64,000 nt of DNA, from contig CP075495.1 of the NCBI GenBank assembly GCA_021613535.1, positions 8,122,001 to 8,186,000 on the forward strand. The letters are read 5' to 3'. Numbering within the stretch: position 1 is the stretch's first letter; each line of letters begins with the position of its first letter. Under the pieces are notes generated by a model that worked only from the letters and a program-made list of their open reading frames with translations, did no database searches and was not told the DNA's origin. The position numbers and the translations under genes are program-made. The DNA comes from Adineta vaga. Taxonomy: Eukaryota > Animalia > Rotifera. This document shows, piece after piece, positions 17,529 to 29,429 of this stretch.

Positions 17529-20327
17529 ATGGTTAAACGTATTTTAAGTGTTCATAGTATTAATACTATCGATCGTAAGTTCATACATAGACACGAAATT
17601 CGCTTCTTCATGACATAGATCATTGATTTTTCTCTTTAAAATAGGTGATGAACATGATATGGCACGAAAAGACTTGTTAGAAAGTAGTCCATTAACAAAT
17701 AATCGTGCTATTTCAGCACCGATGATTGATAATGGTCTATCATCATCTGATGATGAACATCCTCATCATACGAAGAAGCAAAGTGTAACAATTGTTAATG
17801 TTAAAACAACCGAATTAGCACTCAATAAATCAGGTGATCAACAAACTGAAGTACGTGAACAATGGAGCGAAAAATTGGATTTTCTTTTATCTATCATTGG
17901 TTTTGCTGTTGATCTTGCTAATATATGGCGTTTTCCATATTTATGTTATAAAAATGGTGGAGGTTTGTTTTGCATATGAATATATGTATAGATTTGCTTC
18001 ATTTCTTTAACTGTTTATTTCTAGGTGCATTTCTTATTCCATATGCTCTTTCAGTTATACTCGGTGGTATGCCTTTATTTTATTTGGAATTATTACTTGG
18101 GCAATATTATCGACAAGGTGCAATAACATGCTGGAGAAAAATTTGTCCATTATTAGCCGGCATTGGTTGGGCAGTAACAATCATTGCATTCTATACTGAT
18201 TTCTATTATAATGTTGTCATTTCATGGGGTCTTTATTATTTAATTGCTTCATTTCGACGAATACTTCCATGGAGTGAATGCAGTATGTAACCATTTAAAA
18301 TAATTGATTGATTGATTGATTGATTTCAAAATGAAAATCCTTTTTCAGGTCATCGATGGAATACACAAGATTGTTCAACGGTTGATACTCGACGTCATTT
18401 TCTTGAGAATTGTATTAATCAATTGAATGAAACATTGAATAGTACAATGGATTATTTACCAATTAATTATAATGAACAAAAATCATTTGAAAGAAGTATA
18501 TTCTATGAAAATTGTTCAGAAAAATTAACACAACAACGAATTGCTTCACCAGCCCAAGAATATTTTCAGTAAAGAAATTATTTCAATTCTATAGATTTTG
18601 ACTTGTTCCCTTTTGTTTTCTATCCTAGTTTACAAGTATATCGTCTCAATCAAACACGCAATCTTAGTTTCGAAAATCCCGGTAATGTTAATTGGGAAAA
18701 TGTTGGATGTCTTGGTTTGATCTATTTAATCTGCTATTTTTCCATGTGGAAAGGTGTTAAAACATCAGGCAAAGTAAGATTTTAGCAGAGAAAAAAACAA
18801 AGATTCATTCATATTTCTTCATTAAAGGTTGTCTGGTTTACTGCATTATTTCCATATGTTGTATTGACAATTTTAATGATACGTGGTCTTTTCTTGAATG
18901 GATCAATGAAAGGTATCGAATATTATATACGTCCAGATTTAAGCAAACTTAGCGAAGCATCGGTCTGGGTCGATGCCGCTTCACAAACATTCTTTTCGTT
19001 GGGACCTGGTTTCGGTGTATTGATGGCCTTTGCAAGTTATAATGATTTTCATCATAATGTTTTTCGGTATGAAAAGAAACATTGCTTGTTTTTTTTTCAA
19101 AAGATAATTATTTTGTTTAGAGATGCAATGATTACAGTCGCAGTAAATAGTTTAACAAGTTTTGCTAGTGGTTTCGTCATTTTCATGTTTTTGGTAAAGG
19201 AAACAATTATTTCGATTACTTTTAAGCTTTTGTATCAATGTTTCTTTTTATCTAGGGTTACATGAGCGAAATATCAGGACGAGCAATCAAAGATGTTGCT
19301 GAACAAGGTTCAACACTTGTATTCATTGTGTATCCGGAAGCTATCGCTACAATGCCATGGGCGCCGGTCTGGGCGGTATTCTTCTTCTTAATGCTCTTAA
19401 CACTTGGTTTAGATTCATCGGTGTGTAGTTTGATTTATTTGTGAATTGAAATAGTTTTGTTTGATCTCTTCCTGATTTCTAGTTTGGCGGAAGTGAAGCA
19501 ATAATAACTGCATTGAGTGACGAATTTCCTGTTCTTCGACGACATCGAGAATGGTTTGTTGGAATATTATTTTTCTTCTATTTTATCGTTGGAATTCCAA
19601 GTTGTACGGATGCTGGAGTTTATTTTGTCGAGTTATTACAAAACTATGCTGGTAATCAAAAAACAAAAATAATTTTTGCCTTCAATCTTTTCGTCGTTAT
19701 TTTTAGCATTTTATTCAATTATTATTGCCGTCTTTTTCGAAGCTATAGCCGTGTCATGGCTTTATGGAATAAGACGTATAAGCGACGATGTTAAACAAAT
19801 GCTTGGCTCAAAACCAGGACGATTTTGGCTTGGAACATGGTGTGTTGCTGCACCTGTTTTTCTCGGAGTAATAATAGTCCTAATAGTTCAAAAGTTCATT
19901 ATTAAATTTCTTCATATTAGGGTATTATTCTGTCGGGTTTAATTCAACATAGTAGTCCATCATATGGAAAACCATCTGATCCGTTTTACTATGAAGTTTG
20001 TATTATTTTTCATATTTAAATGGAATAAATAGCATAATGATTTTTATTTCTAGTATCCAGCATGGAGTCATTTACTTGGTTGGATGTTTGCCTTATCATC
20101 AATAATATTTATACCAGTAGTTGCTATTTATCAATTATTGATTGAACGCGGAAGTTTAGCCAATGTAAGAATAGAATTGAATCGAATTGATAGTATGATT
20201 ATTTCTTTTTAAATAGAGATTTCATATGGCAATAACACCATGGAAAGATCGAAAAGATCAAAATAAAGAAGTAATAGTTAGTACCAATTATGTAACGACA
20301 AAATTTATTACTGAAGAAACGATTTAA
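17529..20327 (+). CDS. DAT: SLC6 sodium-dependent monoamine transporter, dopamine-transporter-like
   Basis: [39 protein letters not shown] (TM1 Asp of monoamine transporters; the FAVDLAN form is DAT/NET type), [55 protein letters not shown]. Confidence 0.85.
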
Positions 20328-20857
20328 TAGATATTTTTTTCTAGAGTTTTTTTTGTCTATTCAGACTTTATAATAATCTTTTTTTTTCTTATCATTCTTT
20401 TTATCTGTTGTTTGTATACGCGTCTATTTCTTTCCTTTGAACACAAATTTTCATTCTCTCATTTCACATTAGCATATTTAAATTTGGGCAAGGTCATTTA
20501 TATACATCATTGATCTCTTTTATTTTCAAAGAAAATTTGCACTTTAATTCTTTCTTTACTAATCTCAACTAGAGATGGGTCGAAAGAGAAGGGAAAAAAA
20601 CGATCAAATCCTTCTCTAAGGTTATCACTCTTTTGTTTGATTACTTATGTCATCTTTTTTTTCAATCAAACAAACGTCTTGTATCATCCTTTCAACGAAG
20701 TTGACATTTGAACAGGATCAGCTTACACGTACATTCTTCATTCAATCGATCGACCTACTTTGCATAAGGAGAAAAAAAGAGATCGTTGATCATTATCATT
20801 AAAATCACTTGAGAATAAAACCATCTTTTGAATAGGCGGAGTTTGTTCTATTCACTA

Positions 20858-23350
20858 ATGAAGGTAAGTTAAAGTGAAAGTCTATGTTCAAGAATAAAAT
20901 TATAGAAAAAAACCATGATTTAGGCTTCGTTATTTCTTCTTGGTCTTCATTTACTTTATTTTTCTTCTATTAATGCCGGTAAACAAGAATGATCATACAT
21001 GTTCTATGTTATTTTCTTATTCCTCTCCTTTTTTTTCTTCTTTGAAGACTTTTGTGAAACAGACGAATGTCGCCGTGGTGACTGTGAATTAGTACGTCAA
21101 CCAACAGGTTTAATAAAGAAGAACTGTCATTGTGCGAAAGTAAATCTTTCAATTAAATTCAGATTTGTTTCCTTAGAAATCATTTTCTAGGGTATTTGCG
21201 GTGAAACATGTCAACGTTTATGTAATACTACGTCCGTATGTGATACTAATCCATGTTGGTTTGGCGGTATTTGTGTTGATGTAGCCAACTTTGATTATGT
21301 TTGTCTATGTCCACCTAATCATTCTGGCAAAGATTGTCGAGTTTTACTTTCTTGTCAAGGAAACAGTTGTTGGAATGGTGGTGCATGTATTGAAACTGGT
21401 TTGTAAATGAATAGATGACATATCAAAATACAAAGACTTCTCTTTTTATTTTAGCCTATGGTGCACGATGTAATTGTTCCAATGAATATTCAGGTGATTA
21501 TTGTCAATATAAAAAAGTTAAACCAGCAGTAAAACAAAATGAAACCGTACCACGTGTTGAATATAAACAATTCGATGCAGAAACATTAGCAGTTATTGCT
21601 AGTTTAGGAAGTTCAACTAATGAACAGACACAGCTACGTACAAGTGATTTGAGTGATAGTGTTGCCATTGCATCGGGTAATCATTCGCAGTTCGTTTTTT
21701 GTTTAACAAATCCATGTGAAAATGGTGGAACCTGTTTTGTTACAAATACAGCAACAACAAAAGTTCGATTAGATAGAGATATTGAGTATATTTTCTTTTG
21801 GGTTTTTCTAGGGAATTTGCGTATGTCGTGATGGATATGTAGGTGATTATTGTGAAGTTTTATTTAATACTACATCTCCTGCTTTTCGAATTCCGACTGG
21901 TTATTGTTCATCAAGTCCATGTTTAAATGATGGAAGTTGTGTTGAAATTGGCGATCTTCAAGGTTATTGTCGATGTACAGCTGAGTATCGAGGTCTCTAT
22001 TGTGAAATCTCGGTACGTGCTGTTAGTTGTAATCCAAATCCTTGGTAAGAACTGTAATCATTACTATCATTTTCACAAACACTTATTTTATATTTTAGTA
22101 AAAACGGTGGAACATGTGTTTTATTAGAAAATAATCAAGGTAAAGAAGACTGAAATTTTCGTCATTTTTTCTTCATAATACTTTCTATTAAAATTCATAG
22201 CACAATGTTTATGTACACCAGTATTTCGCGGTTTAAGTTGTAATCAATTTAGTTATGTGCCTTGTGGTGATGCTACATGTCATGGAACACAAGTAAATCG
22301 AAAAAAAAGAAGAGAGATTTTATTTCAAATGATTGCTTTTTTTATATTTAATTATAGGGTGTCTGTGTAGCTAATAAATGTATTTGTAAAACAGGTTTTG
22401 CTGGACCAAGATGTGATTCAACAGATTTCTGTTCAGCTTACCCATGTTTAAATGGAGGTTCGATAAAAAATAGAGATGAAATTTTTTTTTTTCTAAATTT
22501 TCATTTATAGGTACTTGTATTCGAACGAATGAAGAGCCATATGGTGGTTGCAGTTGTCCACCCGAATTTTCAGGTCCAACATGTAGTAATGATCCATGTA
22601 CACCATCACCATGTCTAAATGGTGGTTATTGTATACGAAAACCAGATAATCAATTTTATTGTCAATGTCGAAATAAAAATAAAGGCGTTTATTGTGAACG
22701 TATGTTTCTCTTCTTTATTATTATATTATATCTCCGTATATATTGTAGAGGTTGAATGTTTTCCATCGGATGCAACTGTTGATGTACTTAATAATGGTAA
22801 AGTTCCTTTATCATCATTAGAAATTGGTGCACAAGTTCGTGTAATTGATGACAATAATCAAATTAGTTATTCACCAATTATTGCTTTTCTTCATCGTGAA
22901 CTAAATGAACATGCTTTATACAAACATATTCGTACAAAAGCTTCTTTTATTGAATTATCAAAACGTCATTTAATTCATCGTCGAAACGATGGTTTTGTTT
23001 GGGCTGAGAACTTAGTTGAAGGTGACGAAATTCTTGTTTCAACATCCATTCATACAAATGAAACACAATGGGAGAAAATCATCGAAATTACTGATATTTC
23101 TAAACAAGGTCTTATGGCTCCATTAACTGAACAGGGTACAATTATTGTCAATAATATTCATGCATCCTGTTATGCTCTGGTAAAATCACATCAAGTCGCT
23201 CATTTTGCCTTAGCACCATATCGATTTTATCATCGATTATTTGGTTCATTATCGCAAACAGATTCAATGACAACACCTATTCTTTCTTATGCAAATGTTC
23301 TTTTACATTTTTTCAAAAATTTACCCATCGCAAAAGACCTTATTTTTTGA
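20858..23350 (+). CDS. Secreted protein with signal peptide, 9 EGF-like repeats and a C-terminal Hedgehog-type Hog module (Hint + sterol-recognition region)
   Basis: Spliced N-terminus MK|ASLFLLGLHLLYFSSINA. Repeated NPC/SPC-xNGGxC...CxC...GxxC units. Last exon reads VECFPSDATV...SSLEIGAQV...YSPIIAFLHR...ELSKRHLI...APLTEQGTIIVNNIHASCYA...HQVAHFALAPYRFY. Confidence 0.9.
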
Positions 23351-23871
23351 TCGATTAAATAACTTGTAGATATATAGTTATAATCGATAGATACATTAAC
23401 AAAAGACAAAAACAAAACAGTAGTCGTAGACATTGTTTGGCATTAATCATTATATGTTGTTTGAATCTTTCTCTTTTTCTGAATTAGATTTAATAAATCA
23501 ATTTGATTTTTGAAAAATCATTAATACGCATTATTTCTATTTGCCGAAATAAACATGATAGAAATGTAAAACTAATTGAATTGACTCGATTACTGTATCA
23601 CTTGTTTTTATGAAAAACCAGTTCGTTTAGCTGGAGTAATAGTTCTATAGACATATTAAATTACAAATCGAACTGTTAATAGAAGAGTACTGACGATTTT
23701 AATAAATAGTTCCAATAACATCATCCAATATACTAAAGGACTTGGTTCATTTCAATATATATTTTTCTTTTTCTTTTTGACAAAACAAAAACGAATAAAA
23801 CTAATGTACATTGGCATATTATATGAAATGTTTTCAATACTATTAATTCGATGTTTCGTATGTATATGCTT

Positions 23872-25464
23872 CTAACGTTTGGAGTATTTCAATTGATTTT
23901 TTGGTAATGATTTCTTCTTAGCAATTCGATAGTTATGATGCTTGGATTCTGATGAAGTCAAAGGATTCTTCTCAAAAGCTGGTGGATATAAAGATAATTG
24001 TTGACGCAATTTACATATTTCCATTTGTGTTCTTAAACATTTTACAGTCTGTTCTAATGCAACTTGGCATAATGATGAATGTACACGATCACTTAGTTCA
24101 TTAACCACTGTTGAGTTACGATGAATTTTGTCTAACAATAATGCATAACATAGTGCTTCTTCCTGCTTTCTTTCGAATGGTGACGTACGGGAGTCTAAGA
24201 GAGAATAATAATCATAATACCATTCTTCATCATGTCTTATTTCTGATGCTGATGCAATTTCTGAAATCTCTTTTATTAATTTATCATGCTTTTCTTGTAG
24301 TTCCGATGCCAGTATCAACAGTTCTTCTTGGACACATTCTCGTATTTCTTTCCGTACAGATTTTTTATTAAATGTATTATTCAATATATCCCGACGAATT
24401 TTCTTCTGTAAATATTCACTATCTTCCGTTACCTGCACTGGATGGTTCCATTGATACCAAGATAATATTCCCGATAGGGATGAATATTCGTGTAATTTTT
24501 TCAAATCAAATTTACATACTGATAAACGTTCATATATAATCTCCTGTACACGTTTATGTATAGGTTCAAGAAGATTTTCCTCATTAGACTTTAAAAAACG
24601 TGGAAAAATAGTATGGTCATTATATGAGCGACGCAGTAAAAGATTCTGGCGATCTTCTAGTGTTGGATACGATCTGCGAAAAAACCTGCGCCAGCGTCCA
24701 AATTGATTGAAATCGGAATCTTCCTCATTATCAAGAGGATATACATTTTGTATAACAGTTGTCGTATCTATTTCGTATTCTGACAGGAAACCATTCACTG
24801 ATGTTATATTCATCTGAACTTCATGCATAAGTTTGTTTAAAGATTTTAATAATGATGGTTGATATGTCGAGAAACAATATTCAGCAATTTTATATACATG
24901 ATGACGAAGACATGGACCAAAAAATTTGTGTGCACTTAAAATAAACATGATGAACCAATATATTTGATCGATGACATGATTTTTCGTAAAATCATATTCT
25001 TCTTTGATCATCGCAACGGCAAATTGAACAGCCATATCTTGTAGGACAGATGGTCTAATTATCTGTATATCTTTTTCTAACATAGGACTATAGACTATTG
25101 TCGAAAAAAAGGTTGTATCGACTTCTTCCAATGTAGGATCTGGATGAAAAATCATACCAAGAAAGTCGAGATGATCAATAACAGATATAATATCATTTTC
25201 TTTTGATAAATGCGTAAATAATTGTCGAATCGAATCGAATGTAAATGATTCGAGAATAGCTGGAAAATATTTGAATTGAATCAGTGGATCGAGCTTATAA
25301 TAACCATCATTATCATATAATGATACGAAATTATCGGCTGCAGAAACCAGAGTAGCTACATATGGTATTTTTTCGATTTGTTCTTCAGTGAGGGTAAGAA
25401 TCTCACCAGAACCGAATCGAAACGTTTTTTCTTTAAGTAATGTTACAGTAGTATCATCAACCAT
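23872..25464 (-). CDS. Uninterrupted 530-aa ORF; uncharacterised protein with possible N-terminal BTB/POZ-like fold
   Basis: A long ORF in AT-rich DNA. The N-terminal pattern LTEEQIEKIPYVATLV...LDPLIQFKYFPAILE...LDFLG is reminiscent of BTB/Skp1 domains (weak). Confidence 0.7.
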   Translation of the reverse strand: MVDDTTVTLLKEKTFRFGSGEILTLTEEQIEKIPYVATLVSAADNFVSLYDNDGYYKLDPLIQFKYFPAILESFTFDSIRQLFTHLSKENDIISVIDHLDFLGMIFHPDPTLEEVDTTFFSTIVYSPMLEKDIQIIRPSVLQDMAVQFAVAMIKEEYDFTKNHVIDQIYWFIMFILSAHKFFGPCLRHHVYKIAEYCFSTYQPSLLKSLNKLMHEVQMNITSVNGFLSEYEIDTTTVIQNVYPLDNEEDSDFNQFGRWRRFFRRSYPTLEDRQNLLLRRSYNDHTIFPRFLKSNEENLLEPIHKRVQEIIYERLSVCKFDLKKLHEYSSLSGILSWYQWNHPVQVTEDSEYLQKKIRRDILNNTFNKKSVRKEIRECVQEELLILASELQEKHDKLIKEISEIASASEIRHDEEWYYDYYSLLDSRTSPFERKQEEALCYALLLDKIHRNSTVVNELSDRVHSSLCQVALEQTVKCLRTQMEICKLRQQLSLYPPAFEKNPLTSSESKHHNYRIAKKKSLPKNQLKYSKR

Positions 25465-26239
25465 CGTACAATTATGTTAACAGTACGAAATATTGATTTG
25501 AACGTTGTAAATAAACTTACCCAAACCAGGAATAATTGAAACGTATATTCCTTTAATTATGAATCAATAATGTTTCGATATGTACGCTTTTACTCGAATA
25601 AAAAGTAAAAATGACTTCTCGTGCACCTTTTCGTATACTTGGAGAACAATGTTTCTTCCTCGTGTTTTATTTTTTCCTTCATCCTCACATGTTGTAAATT
25701 TACAACTAAGAAAGCATGATTCATTGATGGCTTTTTCCGACAAATACATCATTGTATCACTAAGATCTCTCAAATTACCACAATTTTCGAGAACATTAAT
25801 AATCGATTTAAGTATATTGAGTCATCACCATTACATACTTTAGTACATATGAAATGTAGAAAATTAAAACTTATTCATCGAAACCACTATCCATATTAGA
25901 AGATTTCATTTTCATTTTCTTTTCTGATTGAAATGAAACAGTCATGAAGTAAAGTCGAATGTTTTATCTATTCTATTACGAGAATGAACTTGCCTCTATA
26001 GTTATTTGTAACAATGAAGCATAAGTATAAACAAATATCTTATTTCTGTTTTTTTTCTTTTATCAAAGCCAATGCATATATCATATCTAAGTATCTGTTA
26101 AGTGATAAAAGAAAAGAATAATATGCACAACTGTCTAAAAGATACCGACGTCATCACCTTCTACATGTATACAGATATAAACGAGTGAAAGTGTATACTT
26201 TGTTTTATAAACAATTCGACAAATCGAGAAGAATCATCG

Positions 26240-27103
26240 ATGTGGTCTCGAGAACTGTTTTTTGTTTGGATTTTAACTGTTACAATTCTAACAACACAAA
26301 GTCATGTTATTCATGTATATTTTATTTGTGATGAAAATTATATTCAAAAATTCTAATTAAATTCTTCATTTAGAAACGAGGTTTAATATCGCAATTATTT
26401 GGTGGTAGTTCGAAATCAACTCAAAATGTTGATGCTAATATGTCACCACGTGAACGATCAAAACTTCGTGAATTACGAAAAATCCTGTCGTCATCACAAT
26501 GCTCAGTAAGTTTCTATCTAATTTTCTTGTTTCAATTTTTTTCTAAACTAAACAATAGGTGCTGCTATCGGTATGGTCGTTCAACAAGCTTTAGCTGCAA
26601 AAAATATGGATGATGTTTGTGAGAATAAATATGTTAAGATGGCATACATGGCTGGTGGTGTCAATCCTCAAATTCAACAAGCATTGAATTTACTTGGTTG
26701 TAATGGACCTAATCGTAAGTTTGGAGGGGATAAAAATAAATCTAAAGATAAATATGGTGCATCAACAACACCGGCAAATAAAAATATGGATGATAACGAT
26801 GATAATGACAATGATGAAGATGCAACCAATAATCAAGATGACGATCAAGATGAAAGTGATGGTTTACAAAGTAGTTTACCACCGGAGAAAAAATCAAAAT
26901 TAACTCAATTACTTAGTATTGCACGAGGTGAAAAAGGTGCAAAACGTAATTTTGTCAAAGGTCTTTTTGGCATAGGTAAAAAAGATAAAACATTTAAAAA
27001 AGGTCACAAGTTACCACAATCAACTTATACTTTAGACAAAGATGATGCAAATTCATTGAAAAATTTGGAAAATGAACTTGACAAATATAATAAAAATATT
27101 TAA
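26240..27103 (+). CDS. Uncharacterised secreted protein (3 exons) with Asp/Asn-rich and Lys-rich segments
   Basis: MWSRELFFVWILTVTILTTQSHVIH signal-like exon, a second exon ending ILSSSQCS, and a third exon containing the 176-aa ORF. Confidence 0.7.
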
Positions 27104-27239
27104 TAAATAATTTGTTTAAAATTTCAATATGTACTTCACTTTGCTTCATTCAAATAAAATTCAATTCATATTAAAATATGCCTCTTATACATCATACGAA
27201 TCAAACACTCTCAGCTAACAGATATTCCAAAAAAAGGAG

Positions 27240-27273
27240 AGAGAGATAGAAAGAAAGAAAGAAAGAAAGAAAG
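27240..27273. repeat. (GA)/(GAAA)n microsatellite
   Basis: gagagatagaaagaaagaaagaaagaaagaaag. Confidence 0.85.
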
Positions 27274-27394
27274 CCTTATGATATAGAAGAAGAAAAGAAA
27301 AGCGGAAATATCAACACTAGAATTGATAACATCTATTCTACAATTCATTACAGACAATAACCATATTCTTAGAAGGAGCAATTGAAAAGAAATA

Positions 27395-27659
27395 ATGAGT
27401 TCATCAGAAGCAAGTTAGTAGTAGCTTTTAACAATTTAATCATTATTCTTTTATTCGACTTATTTTTTTTCATTTAGCTGATAAAACGATTAAAGCAGCT
27501 GATATTGCTGATGCAAAAATAGCTGGTAAAGAAACACCAGCAAGTGATCCTCATAAAAAAGCGGATGCTGAAAATCGAGGCCAACTTTCAGGTGATCAAT
27601 CAACTATTCAAGAAACTCCTGTCGCTCCAGTTGGTGCAACAACTGAAACAGCATCATGA
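27395..27659 (+). CDS. Small 66-aa hydrophilic, probably disordered protein (2 exons; not in the ORF track)
   Basis: Exon 27395-27413 (donor gttagt) plus exon 27478-27659 (acceptor tttag) give MSSSEATDKTIKAADIADAKIAGKETPASDPHKKADAENRGQLSGDQSTIQETPVAPVGATTETAS. Codon usage is like the neighbouring genes; AATAAA near 27846. Confidence 0.7.
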
Positions 27660-27708
27660 ACATCTTCAAAACGAATAGAACAACTATTCATATCAGTGAA
27701 ATCGATGC

Positions 27709-27761
27709 ATGTGTGTGTGTGTTTGTGTGATTTTTTACATATATATATATATATATATATT
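27709..27761. repeat. (GT)n and (AT)n microsatellites
   Basis: gtgtgtgtgtgt followed by atatatatatatatatatatat. Confidence 0.85.
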
Positions 27762-28289
27762 CTTTCAAGTAATCACGCGGCTATAATCCAGCAATGACGT
27801 AATATTATTTTATTTATTCAGTGATGTATGGAGTTCTATATGTAAAATAAAAAAGACTTTTGTCTACATAAAATTTTCATTAAGAAAAAACGATTTATCA
27901 TATCTGACATGTGGAAACTGCAAGATAAAACTTGTGTTGATAGATAAGATTTATATAACGACGATATATATATATCGAAGAGTAATCAGAACAATAGTTA
28001 TTCATACACTCGAAAAAAACAACAAAATACTATTTATAAAACTTAAACAGTTATCTATTGTTTGATAACACACGAAAATGATACAAAATATATACTATAT
28101 AGAGATGTACCGCGAGACAAAACTTATTCACTATAGAAAACATGACTGTCAGTTAGCGCAATCTATCATTACTTATAAATATACATGTATTGAGATTCGT
28201 TCATCGATGAATGAATAACAGCTGACAATTGAAGAACGTAAAGCAATTTAGTTTTAGTTTAGTTTGGACTCAGTTACAATTGTATATGC

Positions 28290-28943
28290 ATGCTGTTCCG
28301 CATTTTGTATTTATTATTGTTCATAAATTTATTTGATTTATCCGATTCGGAAAAACAAACAACAAATCATATGAAATGTATTGATTTACTTATTGGTCAA
28401 TATCGTTGTCAACATCCTAAAATAGATGAATCAACTCAAGAACCTCAAGGCTGTAAACGATATAATTATACTTTGGATGGTGAACTAAGTATATTGATGT
28501 AGCTCCTATTCAATGTTATACAGCTCCAAAAATTATCTGTGATGGTGGAGTTTATAATGAAACACTAGATGGATATGTATTCGAACGAAATACAACATGT
28601 CGATGGACAAATGGAAAATATTATCGAACAACATTAGCTTTATCATTATTTCTAGGTATGAATTATTTTTCGATGTCGAAATTGAGAATTATTGATTGAA
28701 TTGTTTTGTTTAGGTATATTTGGTATTGATCGTATTTATTTGGGATATTATGTTACTGGTTTATTGAAATTATTTACATGTGGTTTTATGTTTGTAGGTG
28801 CTCTAGTCGACTTTTTGTTAATTGCACTTCAAGTTTTAACACCTGCAGATGATTCACATTATATAATTGATTATTATGGACCACGTCTATTGTGGACTGA
28901 ATTTAATGAAAATCGAACTTATTTAAAACCACAAAATTATTAA
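28290..28943 (+). CDS. TM2D1: TM2 domain-containing protein 1 (BBP-like), with an apparent 1-nt frameshift near 28488
   Basis: Signal peptide, CIDLLIGQYRCQHPKIDESTQEPQGC, CRWTNGKYYRTTLALSLFLG|IFGIDRIYLGY...GLLKLFTCG...DFLLIALQVLTPADDSHYIIDYYGPRL. Confidence 0.88.
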
Positions 28944-29429
28944 TTAAAGTTTTCTTTTTTGTATATTTTCTGTTAAATCTATTTTTGTTCGTATTCTTAT
29001 ATGTCATACGAAAAATACAAGTCAGGTGTTCTTGATGTTTTTCTTTAACGACAAAAGAACTGTTTCAATAATCAAAATGTCATTGTTTATTCTTTATAGA
29101 TTATCTAGTCGTCCAGTGAACTTTCTAAGTCAGCGAGTAATAGTGGATCCTTTCAGGCCTTTGAAGAAAGTTAGTCAGTGTTAATTTTCATTTTAAACTA
29201 TAGGAGAAAAACATCGATGTAAAAACTGATTAGTCTCTATTCAATTCTTTCTTGAGAACATATTTTTAAAAAACTGATAGTGAGTTTATCGTTTGATTGT
29301 GACCTTTATCTTGTGTAACGATCGATTACATGTAGACTAGTTGTTACTAATCTTAGTGTCGGTTAGAGAAACAATACAACATTTAAAACAGATTATTTCT
29401 TATTTTCTAGATACAAATTTTCTTTTAAT

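Noticed and set aside
22757-23350. Interpretation as a true intein or as a bona fide hedgehog gene
   Set aside because: There is no C-terminal His-Asn/Cys splice junction or endonuclease domain, and no Hedge domain upstream; it is a Hog-type module fused to EGF repeats.
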